Assembly (NCBI GenBank): GCA_963739455.1
Contig: CAVUAK010000001.1
Location: 1,024,001-1,088,000, forward strand
Length of the DNA stretch: 64,000 nt
Origin: an uncultured Gemmatimonadales bacterium
Lineage (GTDB): Bacteria > Gemmatimonadota > Gemmatimonadetes > Gemmatimonadales > GWC2-71-9
Direction of reading: 5' to 3'
Position 1 is the stretch's first letter; each line of letters opens with the position of its first letter. The notes below the pieces were generated by a model. That model saw only the letters and a list, made by a program, of their open reading frames with translations, was not told where the DNA came from and did no database searches. Shown here piece by piece: positions 1 to 13,417 of this stretch. The position numbers and the translations under genes are program-made.

Positions 1-1160
1 TGTACCGCCGCTACCGGCATGAACTGCCCCAGGAGCTCCGCCCGGATCCTCGGGCCCCTGGTGGGGCGGCGTCCCAGCATGGGGCCGAAGTAGAAGCCCT
101 GGCCACCGAATTCAATGATCGGGTTTGCGATGTAGTCGTAGGTCATGAGGGCGGCCAAGTGATTGAGGTCTCCGCTCCCCATGGGCTTCGCACCGAGGCT
201 GCCACGCACCTGGAGCGAGGCGAGCCGACCGGCGGTTCCGTTGTTCGTGGCCCAGGTCATCTCTGCGCGAAAGTACGAGAACGGCTTCTTCCTGAGGTCG
301 AGGAGCGGATCACCATAGATGACCTGACCCGTCACAAAGGCACCATCGATGATCTCGTCGGCAACCTCGCCGGTCACCCTGAGCCGGCGATACCCGACGT
401 CGACCGAGCCGAAGATGGTCGACTGCCGCCACTCCGGCGGTGTCCGCGAGATCTGCCATGCCTCGCCCCGCACGACCCGGTTGAAGCCGCGCACCGGGTT
501 GAGCAGTCCGGCCGTCACCTCACGCACGACGCGCTCGAACCCATGACTCTCGTTCTTGAGCGTGAGGGACGACACACGGAAGAGCACTTCACCGAGGGTG
601 ATGCCGCCGAGCGTCGTGTTGAGCAGGTCGTTGGGCGCCGGTGCCCACACCTCCCCGAACAGCTCCCATGTGAGGCTGCCGGCGAACGCCCACGGTGCCG
701 ACTGCCAGAAGTTGTATCCGTTGGTGCGCGCGGCGTTGAAGTACATCGCGCCATGGTAGGGATGGGAAAACTGGTTGTTCTTGAAGGCGTTGTTGTCCCA
801 CTGCCAGGGGAGCGTGAGGTTGTTGCCCCAGCTCTTGAAGGAGACCTTCGCCCACTCCGCATTGCTGGTGATCTGGCTGAAGGCGTTCGGGATTACCTGC
901 AACGCCAGGATTTCGGCGGCCGCGACCCAGAAGTGCTTCTTCGGGTTGCACTGGGGACAGGGGAGCGAATCCGGGTCTATGAGGTGCGGCATCGCGGCGG
1001 TCGGAACAGCCGGCTCCGTGAAGCGCAGGTGCGGTGCCTCGGTCGTGAGTCCGATGACGACCAGGCTGTCCGTGGCCCGCGGTCCCTGTGCCATGGCCGG
1101 CTCGACGAGCACCGAGGACATGGCGACCGCCGCGGCGATGGCGACGCGAATGGCTGACAC
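1..1160 (-). CDS. DUF3943-family secreted/outer-membrane protein (runs off the left edge of the window)
   Basis: Not in the ORF track (no stop inside the window). Manual translation from GTG at 1160 gives a signal-like N-terminus VSAIRVAIAAAVAMSSVLVEPAMAQ, then WQWDNNAFKNNQFSHPYHGAMYFNAARTNGYNFWQSAPWAFAGSLTWELFGE..PAPNDLLNTTLGGITLGE, the motif I recognise for DUF3943. Confidence 0.8.
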   Translation of the reverse strand, partial: MSAIRVAIAAAVAMSSVLVEPAMAQGPRATDSLVVIGLTTEAPHLRFTEPAVPTAAMPHLIDPDSLPCPQCNPKKHFWVAAAEILALQVIPNAFSQITSNAEWAKVSFKSWGNNLTLPWQWDNNAFKNNQFSHPYHGAMYFNAARTNGYNFWQSAPWAFAGSLTWELFGEVWAPAPNDLLNTTLGGITLGEVLFRVSSLTLKNESHGFERVVREVTAGLLNPVRGFNRVVRGEAWQISRTPPEWRQSTIFGSVDVGYRRLRVTGEVADEIIDGAFVTGQVIYGDPLLDLRKKPFSYFRAEMTWATNNGTAGRLASLQVRGSLGAKPMGSGDLNHLAALMTYDYIANPIIEFGGQGFYFGPMLGRRPTRGPRIRAELLGQFMPVAAV

Positions 1161-1226
1161 ATGGATCCTGTCGAGAGGGATGCTGACGACAGGAAGTATC
1201 ATCCGCGCACGCGGCGCGGTCCAGCC

Positions 1227-2093
1227 CTACGGCACCGCCCGGCGAGGGGCTCCCCTTACCGGCAGCAGGGAGGGTGGCTCGTCATCGAGCCAGTTGATCT
1301 CCAGCCGGCCGGCGGACTCGAACTCGACGGTGCCCTCACCCCGCACCACGCCGGACGGGTTGACCTGCAGGAGCTCGTTCAGGCTGTAGAGCTCGACGGT
1401 CAGTTCATAGCGATGCGGGCCCTCCCGCCGCCGCTTGACGATGACCGGCGTCGACGGCCCCAGCGTGGAAATCGTGCCGACCGTCTTGCCATCGATCTTG
1501 ATGCGCACGAGGCCCCGCAAGCGGGCGGCAGCATCAGGGCCGAGCTCGATCGTCGTCGCGTCCACCTCGTTCGCGCCCCGGCTCGGTGGTGGGGCGTTCT
1601 CGCGCTCGGGATCGGCCTGTACCGGTGGAAGACAGGCGAGCAGGTTCGCCGCGCGGGCCGACCCGGACGGGTGGTAGCGATCGTGGGTGAAGAGGCCCAT
1701 CCGGGTGAAGAACTGCACCGCCGCCTCGACCGATGCGCGGCTGGTGCGCGCGAGCCGCGCCGCGGCATAACAGTCGGCCTCGAGCTCCTGGCGCTGTCGG
1801 ACCTCGGCTGTTGTCGAATCGCGGCTCGCGAGGGCACCGCCGACATGGTCGTGGAAGACGTGCCCGTACTCATGTGCGATGAAGAAGTCGCGAAGCAGCG
1901 GGCCGACGCGCTCGATGAGCGCGGGATTGTAGTAGATGACCGGTCGGCCATTCTCGCGAAGCGTCAACGCGACGTCGCGCAGGGTATCAGTGGCCACCAG
2001 GCGTACATCGGTGAGCGGTTCCTGCGCGCGCAGCATCCCCGGCACGCTTCCCAGCGTCAGGATGAGCATCGCGATCCCGCTCCGCACCGGCAT
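1227..2093 (-). CDS. Secreted putative zinc metallopeptidase (M48-like)
   Basis: ORF 1227..2141; signal-like MPVRSGIAMLILTL; IAHEYGHV (HExxH) followed by QELEADCYAA and HPSGSAR, the M48-type arrangement. Confidence 0.65.
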   Translation of the reverse strand: MPVRSGIAMLILTLGSVPGMLRAQEPLTDVRLVATDTLRDVALTLRENGRPVIYYNPALIERVGPLLRDFFIAHEYGHVFHDHVGGALASRDSTTAEVRQRQELEADCYAAARLARTSRASVEAAVQFFTRMGLFTHDRYHPSGSARAANLLACLPPVQADPERENAPPPSRGANEVDATTIELGPDAAARLRGLVRIKIDGKTVGTISTLGPSTPVIVKRRREGPHRYELTVELYSLNELLQVNPSGVVRGEGTVEFESAGRLEINWLDDEPPSLLPVRGAPRRAVP

Positions 2094-2221
2094 GCCGTCC
2101 ATCCTTCGCTTGGCTGGCGACCTCATGTCGCCATATGCCATCGCCCCCGCGGCGTCGAGAGATCGAGGCGCGGGGGCGAGAAACTGGTGCCGTCGCAGGT
2201 GCTTCGATCTCGTGCACTACC

Positions 2222-2389
2222 TCAAGTGTTTCGTCCCCGGTTCCGGTTCCGGCCGGTGCAGGTATGCACCGGCACAGGTGCTGTGCTTGAGCGCCCGTAA
2301 GCGGCCAGTACGGCGCCGAGTGTCCCGAGAATGAGGAGCAGTGCTGCCGACATCGGTGTGTCCATGTGGTGGTCTGTCGTACTTACCAT
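2222..2389 (-). CDS. Possible small single-TM protein (55 aa)
   Basis: Manual translation MVSTTDHHMDTPMSAALLLILGTLGAVLAAYGRSSTAPVPVHTCTGRNRNRGRNT; lies in an otherwise unexplained gap; no family recognised. Confidence 0.3.
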   Translation of the reverse strand: MVSTTDHHMDTPMSAALLLILGTLGAVLAAYGRSSTAPVPVHTCTGRNRNRGRNT

Positions 2390-2471
2390 GCATCACCCGA
2401 GCCATAAGGTGCCGGGGCGGCATCATGCCGCGGTCAAGCGCCGGGCTCACGCGGGGCAAGTGGTGCCCTGA

Positions 2472-5445
<2,974 letters not shown>

Positions 5446-5446
<1 letters not shown>

Positions 5447-6102
5447 CAGCCCTCAACCAGTTTCGTCTCGAGCGCGAACTTGGTGAGCCCTGCCACGGTC
5501 CGGATGCCCAGCTTCTTCATCAGGCTCTCGCGGTGGGTCTCGACCGTGCGGTGGGAGATCCCCAGCTCGCCGGCGATCTCCTTGTTGGTCAGGCCACGGG
5601 CGATGCCCGCGAGCACCTCGCGCTCGCGGCCGGTGAGCAGGTCGAGGTTGGTGTTGCGTTGCTCGCGGGCAATGTCCCCTCGCACCGCCTCGGACAGGCG
5701 GGCGGCGACGGCCGGGCTGAAGTAGGCCTCGCCGCCCAGCACGGTACGGATGGCGCTGGCGAGTTCCTGCGCCGCGCCATCCTTGAGCAGGTAACCGTGT
5801 GCGCCGGCACGCACGCTTTCCAGCACGTACTCGGTGTTGTCGTACATGCTCAGGATGAGCACGCGGATGTGCGGCAGGGCGTGCCGCAGTCGCGCCGCCG
5901 CCTGCAGTCCGGTTTCGCCGGGCATGGAAATGTCCAGCACCGCCACGTCCGGCTGCTGCGATTCCGCGAGCGGCAGCACCTCACTGCCGTTTGTCGCCTC
6001 GCCCACCACCTGGAAGCCTTCGCGCTCGAGCACGCTGCGGATGCCCTCGCGCACCATCGCATGGTCATCGGCCACGAGCACGCGGATCGGGACCTCGCTC
6101 AC
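5446..6102 (-). CDS. NarL/FixJ-family response regulator (REC + LuxR HTH)
   Basis: VLVADDH, VLDISMP, GYLLK, LTGREREVL..GLTNKEIAGELGIS.RTVETHR. Confidence 0.95.
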
Positions 6103-7868
6103 GCCGCCTCCCCAGTGCTGATCGGTACCTGCACCTCGACTCGTGCCCCGGCGCCGGGGCGCCCGTCAAACCGGACGCTGCCGCCGAGTGCGGCTATCCG
6201 TTCGCGCATGCCAGTCAGTCCCATGTGTCCCTCGCGCTCGAGCAGCGCCGTATCGGTGGTATGCGGTCCGGTGCCATCGTCGGCGACCACGAGCAGGAGC
6301 GCCCGCCCCCGCACCATGATCTGCACCGATACTGCCTTTGCGTTTGCGTGGCGCACCACATTGGACAGCGCCTCCTGCAGCGCGCGGAAAAGGGCGAGCT
6401 CCGCATCCTTCGAGAGCGACGGCAGCCCTTGGGGCGCATCCAGCGTGATACGAATGGCGCTTCGCTCGCTGAAGTCGGCCACGAGCGAGCGAAGCGCGGG
6501 CAGCAGGCCCAGGTCGTCCAGCAGTGAGGGACGCAGGTCGTTCACCACGCTGCGGATGCCGCGAATGCCCTTGTCGATGAGGCCGAGCATGCGCTCCAGC
6601 CGCGGGGCCGCGATGTCCGGCACCTGACCCCGCAGCAGTTCCAGCTCCATCTTCACTGCAGAGAACACCTGGGCCGTCTCGTCGTGCAACTCGCGGGACA
6701 GCCGGCGCCGCTCCTCCTCATGCTGCTCCAGCATGCGGGCCGAGAGGCGCGCGAGTTCCACGGTGCGGGCCTGCAGGCGCTCGTGCAGGTCGGCGTTGGC
6801 GAGCGCGGCGCCCACCTGCCGTCCGAGGGCCTGGAGGAAGTCGTCGTCGAGCGCGGTGAACGGGTCGCGCGCATCGCCTGTCAGGACCAGCGCGCCGGAC
6901 GCCTCGGTGCCGGTGAAGACGGGCAGCACGGCGACGTAGGCGATGGCGTCCCGGCCGCGGTCGCCCGGAATGAGCGGGCCGTCGTCAGTCACCTGCGGCC
7001 GGCCGGTGCTCATGGCGGCATGGAGTGCCGGCGCCGTGCGCGCATCGGGCGGGCGCCCCGTCCAGTCGGCGATCTGCCCTGCACCGCGCTCGAACCGGCC
7101 CGACTCGCGGAGGTAGAGTGCGCTGCCGCGCACGGCGGGCAGTGTGAGTGGCCGCGCCAGCAGCGCCGTGAGCACATCGCCTCGCCCGCGCCGCTGCAGG
7201 TCTCCCGAGAGCTCGGTGAGGGCGCGGAGCCCGCGGCCCAGGTCGTCGAGCACCAGGATCATGATGCCGGCGCCGATGGCGAGGGCGAACGCGATGTCGA
7301 GGTAATACCCCCAGGGCGCCCAGGCTCCGCGTGCCCGGAGGAACGGATAGTCGAGGTGGTGCAGGCTCCAGAGCAGGAAGGCGCACGCCAGGATGCCGGC
7401 GCCCGTGGAGCCGACCAGCTTCCAGTAGCGCAGGAACACCCATCCGGTCCACAGCGTCGCGAGGCTCAAAAAGAGCACCGCCGGTCCGGCCGCGAGCAGG
7501 AAGTTGTCCAGCTGGTAGATGGCGATGTACGCCCACAACAGCGGGAAGATCGCGGCGAGCAGGTAGATGGGCCGCCAGCGCACCTGGCGCGAGAAGACGA
7601 GCGCTGCCCACAGCAGCGCGAGCGCGGTCCACCCGGTGATCACCTGGTGCCAGTAGAGCCAGGTCCAGTTGCGCGTGAGGAGGAACCCCATGATCGCGCC
7701 GAGGCGGAACACGTAGAGGCCCCACGCCGTGGCGTACCAGGCGAAGTAGATCTTGCCGTATCGCTGGTAGAGGAACGCGCAGAGCAGCGCCAGGCAGGCG
7801 GTAATGGCGGCCTGGAGGATCGCCGCGTCGAGCTCGAGCGCGGTGGCCAGCGCGATGGGGGTTTGCAC
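6099..7868 (-). CDS. Membrane sensor histidine kinase (multi-TM + GAF-like + HisKA_3 + HATPase)
   Basis: ~7 hydrophobic segments, ERRRLSRELHDE H-box, QEALSNVVRHA N-box, DDGTG, GLTGMRER. Start is approximate. Confidence 0.93.
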   Translation of the reverse strand: MQTPIALATALELDAAILQAAITACLALLCAFLYQRYGKIYFAWYATAWGLYVFRLGAIMGFLLTRNWTWLYWHQVITGWTALALLWAALVFSRQVRWRPIYLLAAIFPLLWAYIAIYQLDNFLLAAGPAVLFLSLATLWTGWVFLRYWKLVGSTGAGILACAFLLWSLHHLDYPFLRARGAWAPWGYYLDIAFALAIGAGIMILVLDDLGRGLRALTELSGDLQRRGRGDVLTALLARPLTLPAVRGSALYLRESGRFERGAGQIADWTGRPPDARTAPALHAAMSTGRPQVTDDGPLIPGDRGRDAIAYVAVLPVFTGTEASGALVLTGDARDPFTALDDDFLQALGRQVGAALANADLHERLQARTVELARLSARMLEQHEEERRRLSRELHDETAQVFSAVKMELELLRGQVPDIAAPRLERMLGLIDKGIRGIRSVVNDLRPSLLDDLGLLPALRSLVADFSERSAIRITLDAPQGLPSLSKDAELALFRALQEALSNVVRHANAKAVSVQIMVRGRALLLVVADDGTGPHTTDTALLEREGHMGLTGMRERIAALGGSVRFDGRPGAGARVEVQVPISTGEAA

Positions 7869-7938
7869 TGCCCAAATCAAGCGGCGGCATGCCGTTAGTT
7901 TCAACTGGGTAGTTCACCGGATGCACCAAGGGTCCTCG

Positions 7939-9048
7939 ATGCCAGCCTCTGTGCCGGATCTCCCCGCCGTGGAATTTCGCGGCGTCGCCAAGCGATATGG
8001 CGCAACGCCGGCGGTGCGCGACCTGTCGTTCACCGTCGCGCGCGGAGAGTTTTTCTCCCTCCTCGGTCCGTCGGGCTGCGGCAAGACGACGACGCTGCGC
8101 CTGCTCGCCGGTTTCGAGACCGCCGACGAGGGCGAAATTCGCCTCTTCGGTGAAGTGGTGAACCAGCGGCGCCCCTACGAACGTGACCTGGCGATGGTGT
8201 TCCAGAACTACGCGCTCTTCCCGCATCTCTCGGTGGAGCGGAACGTGGCCTTCGGCCTGGAGCAGCGGAAGCGACCGGCCCCCGAGATCCGCGACCGCGT
8301 GCGCTCAGCACTCGAACTGGTGCGGCTCGACCCCGCGATCTATTCGACACGCCAGCCGTCAGAGCTGTCCGGTGGCCAGCGACAGCGGGTGGCCCTGGCC
8401 CGGGCACTCGTGCTCGAGCCGCGCGTGCTGCTGCTCGACGAACCGCTCGGCGCACTCGACCTCAAGCTCCGGAAGGAAATGCAGGTCGAGCTGAAGGCAC
8501 TCAACCAGCAGCTCGGCGTGACATTCATCCACGTCACGCACGACCAGGAAGAGGCCCTGGCCATGAGCGACCGGATCGCGGTGATGAACCAGGCCGAGAT
8601 CGCGCAGCTCGGCACGCCGGCCGAGATCTACGAGAACCCGCGAACGGCGTTTGTCGCGGACTTCATTGGCGAAGCGAATTTCCTCAGTGGCGTGGCGGCA
8701 CGGCGGCAGGATGGATGGGAAATCGGCAGCGGCGCAGGCGGCTTTGTCGTGCCCGCACACCCGGCCATCGCGGAAGGCGCGGAACTCCGCGTCGCGATCC
8801 GCCCCGAATGGCTCGACCTCTGCGGCCCGGACGACGCGCCCGTCGGCGAGAACGCTCTCCAGGGCACGGTACAGGGGCTCGCGTACCTCGGCGAGACGAT
8901 TCACGTTCGGGTGACACTTGCCAACGGGCAGGTCATGGTCATCGCACTGCGGAACGAGGGCCAATTGACCAAGCCACTCGTCTGGAACAGGGGCGACCGC
9001 TGCATGGTCGTCTGGCGCCCTGAAGACTGCCAGGTACTCGAAGGATGA
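7939..9048 (+). CDS. potA: Polyamine ABC transporter ATP-binding subunit
   Basis: GPSGCGKT Walker A, LSGGQRQR, LLLDEPLGALD, C-terminal TOBE-like region; in an operon with permeases and a binding protein. Confidence 0.9.
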   Translation: MPASVPDLPAVEFRGVAKRYGATPAVRDLSFTVARGEFFSLLGPSGCGKTTTLRLLAGFETADEGEIRLFGEVVNQRRPYERDLAMVFQNYALFPHLSVERNVAFGLEQRKRPAPEIRDRVRSALELVRLDPAIYSTRQPSELSGGQRQRVALARALVLEPRVLLLDEPLGALDLKLRKEMQVELKALNQQLGVTFIHVTHDQEEALAMSDRIAVMNQAEIAQLGTPAEIYENPRTAFVADFIGEANFLSGVAARRQDGWEIGSGAGGFVVPAHPAIAEGAELRVAIRPEWLDLCGPDDAPVGENALQGTVQGLAYLGETIHVRVTLANGQVMVIALRNEGQLTKPLVWNRGDRCMVVWRPEDCQVLEG

Positions 9049-9941
9049 CGAACCCTCGGCGCGGCATCCTTCGATGGATCGCGCGGCACCCCTGGTCGCC
9101 CGGCGCGCTATTGCTTGGGCCGGCCGGGCTCTGGCTCGCTGCATTCTTCCTGCTGCCGATCCTCATCCTCCTGGTCTTCAGCATCATGCCGCGCGGGGCG
9201 TACGGCGGCGTCACGCCGGGGTTCACCCTGGAGCACTACCAGCGGTTCCTTGACCCGCTCTACATCGGGATCCTCCGGCGCACCGTGTGGCTTTCCTTTC
9301 TGTGCACGATTGGATGCCTTCTGCTCGCGTATCCTACCGCGTACTTCATCGCTCGGAGCGGTCGGCGGCGGAACCTGCTCCTGTTCCTCGCGGTGCTTCC
9401 GTTCTGGACCAGTTCCCTCGTGCGCACGTACGCCATGATTTTCCTGCTCCGTGACAGCGGGCTCATCAACCGGCTGCTGCTGGACGCGGGACTGATCCAC
9501 GCACCACTTCGACTGCTGTACACCGAGGGCGCAGTGCTCGCCGGGCTGGTGTACAGCGCCCTGCCGTTCATGATCCTTCCGATCTATGCCTCCATCGAAA
9601 AGCTCGACCCTGCGCTTCTCGAAGCGGCCGAGGGTCTCGGCGCGCGCTCGTGGGCGCGCTTCACCCGGGTTGTGTGGCCGCTCACCCTGCCGGGCGTGGC
9701 CGCCGGCTCGCTGCTGGTGTTCGTGCCCTCTCTGGGATCGTTCGTGGTTCCCGACCTGCTCGGCGGCGCGCGCCAGATGATGGTCGGCAACCTCATCCAG
9801 AACCAGTTCGGGCCGGCGCGGAACTGGCCCTTTGGGTCGGCGGCAGCTTTTGCGGTGATGGCGCTCGTGATGATCGCGATGCTCCTCGTGATCCGGCTGG
9901 GCGGCCAGGACGAGGGGACGCCGAGGGACCGGACTGTATGA
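9045..9941 (+). CDS. potB: Polyamine ABC transporter permease
   Basis: LPFWTSSLVRTYA, LPFMILPIYASIEKLD..LLEAA..LGA, NWPFGSA. Confidence 0.9.
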   Translation: MTNPRRGILRWIARHPWSPGALLLGPAGLWLAAFFLLPILILLVFSIMPRGAYGGVTPGFTLEHYQRFLDPLYIGILRRTVWLSFLCTIGCLLLAYPTAYFIARSGRRRNLLLFLAVLPFWTSSLVRTYAMIFLLRDSGLINRLLLDAGLIHAPLRLLYTEGAVLAGLVYSALPFMILPIYASIEKLDPALLEAAEGLGARSWARFTRVVWPLTLPGVAAGSLLVFVPSLGSFVVPDLLGGARQMMVGNLIQNQFGPARNWPFGSAAAFAVMALVMIAMLLVIRLGGQDEGTPRDRTV

Positions 9942-10723
9942 GCGCCCGGCGCGTACCCTTCACGATGTCGGCCGTGGCCGTGGCAACCTACCTGTTCATG
10001 CACGTGCCACTGCTGGTGCTGGTCGCGTTCTCGTTCAACCGGTCACGCTTCGGCGTGCAGTGGGGTGGCTTTACGCTCGACTGGTATGCGCGGCTCGCGT
10101 CCAGGCCGGACATCCTCGGCGCGTTACGCCTCAGCCTGGTCGTGGGCCTGATATCGACCCTGCTCGCGACCGTCACGGGTACGCTGGCAGCGCTGGCACT
10201 CGCTCGTTACCTGCCGCGCGCGCGCCGTGCAGCGGGCGCTTTCCTCTACCTGCCCATCGTGACACCCGAGATCGTCGCCGGGGTGTCGTTGCTGGTGCTC
10301 TTTTCCTGGATTGGCATGACGCTGGGTATCACGACCATCGTCATTGCCCATACCGCCTTCAGCATCCCGTTCGTTGTCGTGGTGGTGCTCGCGCGGCTGC
10401 AGGGAACCGATCGCGTGCTTGAGGAGGCTGCGATGGGCCTGGGTGCCGACGAGATCGCCACCTTCCGGCGTGTGACGCTGCCGCAGCTGATGCCCGGCAT
10501 ACTTGCGGGGGCGCTGCTCGCCTTTACCCTGTCGTTCGATGACTTCGTCACCACCTTCTTTGTGTCTGGCGTCGGATCGACGACGTTGCCGCTCGCGATA
10601 TACTCCATGGTCCGGAAAAGCGTCGAGCCGACCATCAATGCGCTGTCGGCGCTGCTGGTGATCCTGACGACGGTGACGGTCTTCGCTGCCGACCGGCTGG
10701 CCCGCGGCAGCACACGCGCATGA
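9938..10723 (+). CDS. potC: Polyamine ABC transporter permease
   Basis: FSFN..WGGFTLDWY, PEIVAGVSLL, LEEAAMGLGA, AFTLSFDDF; ATGA overlap with potB. Confidence 0.9.
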   Translation: MSARRVPFTMSAVAVATYLFMHVPLLVLVAFSFNRSRFGVQWGGFTLDWYARLASRPDILGALRLSLVVGLISTLLATVTGTLAALALARYLPRARRAAGAFLYLPIVTPEIVAGVSLLVLFSWIGMTLGITTIVIAHTAFSIPFVVVVVLARLQGTDRVLEEAAMGLGADEIATFRRVTLPQLMPGILAGALLAFTLSFDDFVTTFFVSGVGSTTLPLAIYSMVRKSVEPTINALSALLVILTTVTVFAADRLARGSTRA

Positions 10724-11796
10724 GGCACCCTCCCAGTCGCCGCGACTTTGTCGCCACGGCGGCACGCGCGGCGCTTGCGTCGTCATTGGTGGCGCCCGCC
10801 ATCACGGCGTGTCGCAGCGAGCGCCGACCACCGGCACCCGGACTGGAGCCGGAACTCAACATCTACAACTGGTTCGACTACATCGGGCCGGATACCATTG
10901 CCGGTTTCGAGGAGGAGTTCGGTGTCCGTGTCACGTACGACACGTTTGACAGCAACGAGGCGATGGTCGCCAAGGTCCTGAATGGCGCGACCGGCTACGA
11001 CCTGATTGTTCCCACCGGCTATCAGTTGCCGCTGCTGCGGAGCCGCGGACTGCTCGCGAAGCTGGATCGCTCGAAGCTGACCAACTGGGACAACCTGATG
11101 CCGCTGTTCCGGGGCACGCCAGCGGATCCTGGCGGCGAGTATGGAGTGCCCTGGCAGTGGGGCATCACCGGGATCGCATATCGTGCCGACCTCGTGCCAT
11201 CCGTTCCCGACAGCTGGGGCTCCTTCGCGAGCGGCGACGTCACCGAGCGCGCGACCATGCTGGATGACGGGCGCGAAGTGCTCGGCGCGATGCTGCGCTA
11301 TCGCGGGCATTCGCTGAACTCGACCGACCCGCTCGAGCTGGCCGGGGCGCGGCAGGATGCGATCGATGCCAAGGCGCATCTCCTGGCCTTCATGACGTTG
11401 CCGGTGAAGGGCCAGCTGGTGACAGGCGACGTGGTGATGGCGCAGTTCTGGAACGGCGATGCCCATCAGGCACAGCGCGAGAATCCCAACGTGGCTTTTT
11501 CGCTGCCACGCGAAGGAAGCCTGATCTTCAATGACTACATGGTGCTCCTGAGCAATGCACCCCACCCGGCGGCAGCGACCGCCTTCCTCAACTACATCCT
11601 TCGGCCCGACGTCGCTGCGGCCATCAGCGAGGAGACCGGCTATGGAACGCCGAACCAAGCGGCTCAGGAGCGCATGCGCGACCCGATTCCCTATCCGTCG
11701 CCCGAGGAACTGGCCCGCCTCGAATTCCAGCGCGACCTGGGACCGGCAACGGCACTCTGGGACCGCATCTGGACCGAGGTGAAGGCCTCCGCCTGA
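10720..11796 (+). CDS. potD: Spermidine/putrescine-binding protein (Tat signal, lipobox)
   Basis: SRRDFV twin-arginine motif, ITAC lipobox, LNIYNWFDYI, YDTFDSNE, GYDLIVPT, PREGS. Confidence 0.9.
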   Translation: MRHPPSRRDFVATAARAALASSLVAPAITACRSERRPPAPGLEPELNIYNWFDYIGPDTIAGFEEEFGVRVTYDTFDSNEAMVAKVLNGATGYDLIVPTGYQLPLLRSRGLLAKLDRSKLTNWDNLMPLFRGTPADPGGEYGVPWQWGITGIAYRADLVPSVPDSWGSFASGDVTERATMLDDGREVLGAMLRYRGHSLNSTDPLELAGARQDAIDAKAHLLAFMTLPVKGQLVTGDVVMAQFWNGDAHQAQRENPNVAFSLPREGSLIFNDYMVLLSNAPHPAAATAFLNYILRPDVAAAISEETGYGTPNQAAQERMRDPIPYPSPEELARLEFQRDLGPATALWDRIWTEVKASA

Positions 11797-11866
11797 GCCT
11801 CGGACGCCAGATGCCGGTTTGGGTTGCGGAGGCGCCCGTCCGGTGGCACCTTGGGCAAGCACATCT

Positions 11867-13354
11867 ATGTCTGCGACCTGGCCGATTTCCCCCCTCGAGC
11901 AGTTCACCCAGCGGTTTGGGGATTTGGTCGCGCTCCTGCGCGCCGATCCGGCCAACGATGCGGCCCAGGATCTTGCCCTCGAGACCTGCACCGCCATCGC
12001 GAACAGCCAGCCCATCCGACTCGAGGCAGGCGTGGAACTCGTTGGTGAGGAACAACCTCTGAGCCTGAAGAGCCGCCTGCTGGCTCGTCAGGTTGACGCC
12101 ATCAGCATCAGTCCCGGCGTCGAGGAAGAAGAGCTGTTGCGGCTCGCGCGGGCGCTGGCACACGACTCGGCGCCAATCGTCTCAACCCCCCACATCAACG
12201 CCCAGATTATCGATGCGATCGTCCCAAATTGGAACGGTCTCACTTTGATGGATGGCGGCGCCGAGACCTTTTCGCCGCCGCGGGACGGGGGTGACCGACG
12301 GTTGGGTGCTGATCGGCGGGACCTGCTTCGCGGGGTGCGCTATCGTGGTCAGGAGCGCCGACGCACCGAGCGGCGCGTCACCGGTGAGCGCCGACTGGTG
12401 CTGGTGAAGCACGTGGCGACCGACGTGCAGAAGGTTCACGAGCGGCTGGCGCGCGCGATCAAGGAAGCCGACTGGCGCACTGCACTTCACCTCGCGTCAG
12501 TGCAGTTGCAGACGCTTCCGGCAGTGCCATACGAGGATCGCCGTCGCCAGTCGATCCTGCTCCGGCGCCAGCTGAGCCCGGCCGCGTACGATGGCATCGT
12601 GCGGCTGGCACTGGCTGACCCGATCGAGGCGAGCCAGGCGGCAACGGTATTGCGCTGGGGTGGGCTCGATGCGGCCGAAGTGATGCTGCGGGTGCTGATG
12701 GAGGCCGAGTCCGTGGGGCCGCGCCGCATTCTGTTCGAGGTGCTCGGCGGCATGCCCGAGATCTATCCCATCGTGCTCCCTTACCTGCTGGGCGGGGCGA
12801 CGCACGAGGTACGGCACGCCGCGGAACTTGCCGGACGGCTGCGCAACCCGGCTGCAATCGACCCACTCAAGCGGAGGCTCACCGACCTCGACGAGCGAGT
12901 GCGCGCAGCGGTAATCCAGGCACTCGCCGAGTTCCCGCTGGGTGAGGTGGTGGAGAGCATGCGGATCGCGCTGGCATCGCCGTCCCCCTCCACCCGCTTT
13001 GCTGCAGTCGATGCCATCGGTCGCCGGCGGGCACTCGGCTTCGCGATGCCGCTCCTGGCCTTGCTGGACAACGAGCGCGACCCCCAGGTCTGGAAGGCCG
13101 CCGTCCGGAGCCTGGCGCTCCTGGGCACGCCTGACGCCTTGACAGGGCTGGCCCGTCTGGCGCTGGTCAAGCGGTCGTTCCTGACGGGGAAGGGCTGGTC
13201 GGTGGAGCAGCGCATCGAGGCAGTGCGCGCGCTGGCGCCGCTTCGAGGCCAGGGCGCCCGTGCCACCCTCGAGCGCATCGCCCGTGAGACTGAGGAGCCG
13301 GTGCGTGGCGAGGCGTTGCGCGCGCTGCAGGAACCAATGTCGGCGGCCGGGTAG
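11867..13354 (+). CDS. HEAT-repeat protein
   Basis: Repeated EVRHAAELAGRL / ERVRAAVIQALA / TRFAAVDAIG / QVWKAAVRSLA units in the C-terminal half. Confidence 0.75.
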   Translation: MSATWPISPLEQFTQRFGDLVALLRADPANDAAQDLALETCTAIANSQPIRLEAGVELVGEEQPLSLKSRLLARQVDAISISPGVEEEELLRLARALAHDSAPIVSTPHINAQIIDAIVPNWNGLTLMDGGAETFSPPRDGGDRRLGADRRDLLRGVRYRGQERRRTERRVTGERRLVLVKHVATDVQKVHERLARAIKEADWRTALHLASVQLQTLPAVPYEDRRRQSILLRRQLSPAAYDGIVRLALADPIEASQAATVLRWGGLDAAEVMLRVLMEAESVGPRRILFEVLGGMPEIYPIVLPYLLGGATHEVRHAAELAGRLRNPAAIDPLKRRLTDLDERVRAAVIQALAEFPLGEVVESMRIALASPSPSTRFAAVDAIGRRRALGFAMPLLALLDNERDPQVWKAAVRSLALLGTPDALTGLARLALVKRSFLTGKGWSVEQRIEAVRALAPLRGQGARATLERIARETEEPVRGEALRALQEPMSAAG

Positions 13355-13417
13355 CAACCCTACCGTTTCCGCGTCGCCGCCCCTACCGTTACGGCCTACC
13401 GCAATACGGGGATCGCC

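Noticed and set aside
159..1157. 332-aa plus-strand ORF
   Set aside because: Antisense shadow of the DUF3943 gene on the minus strand.
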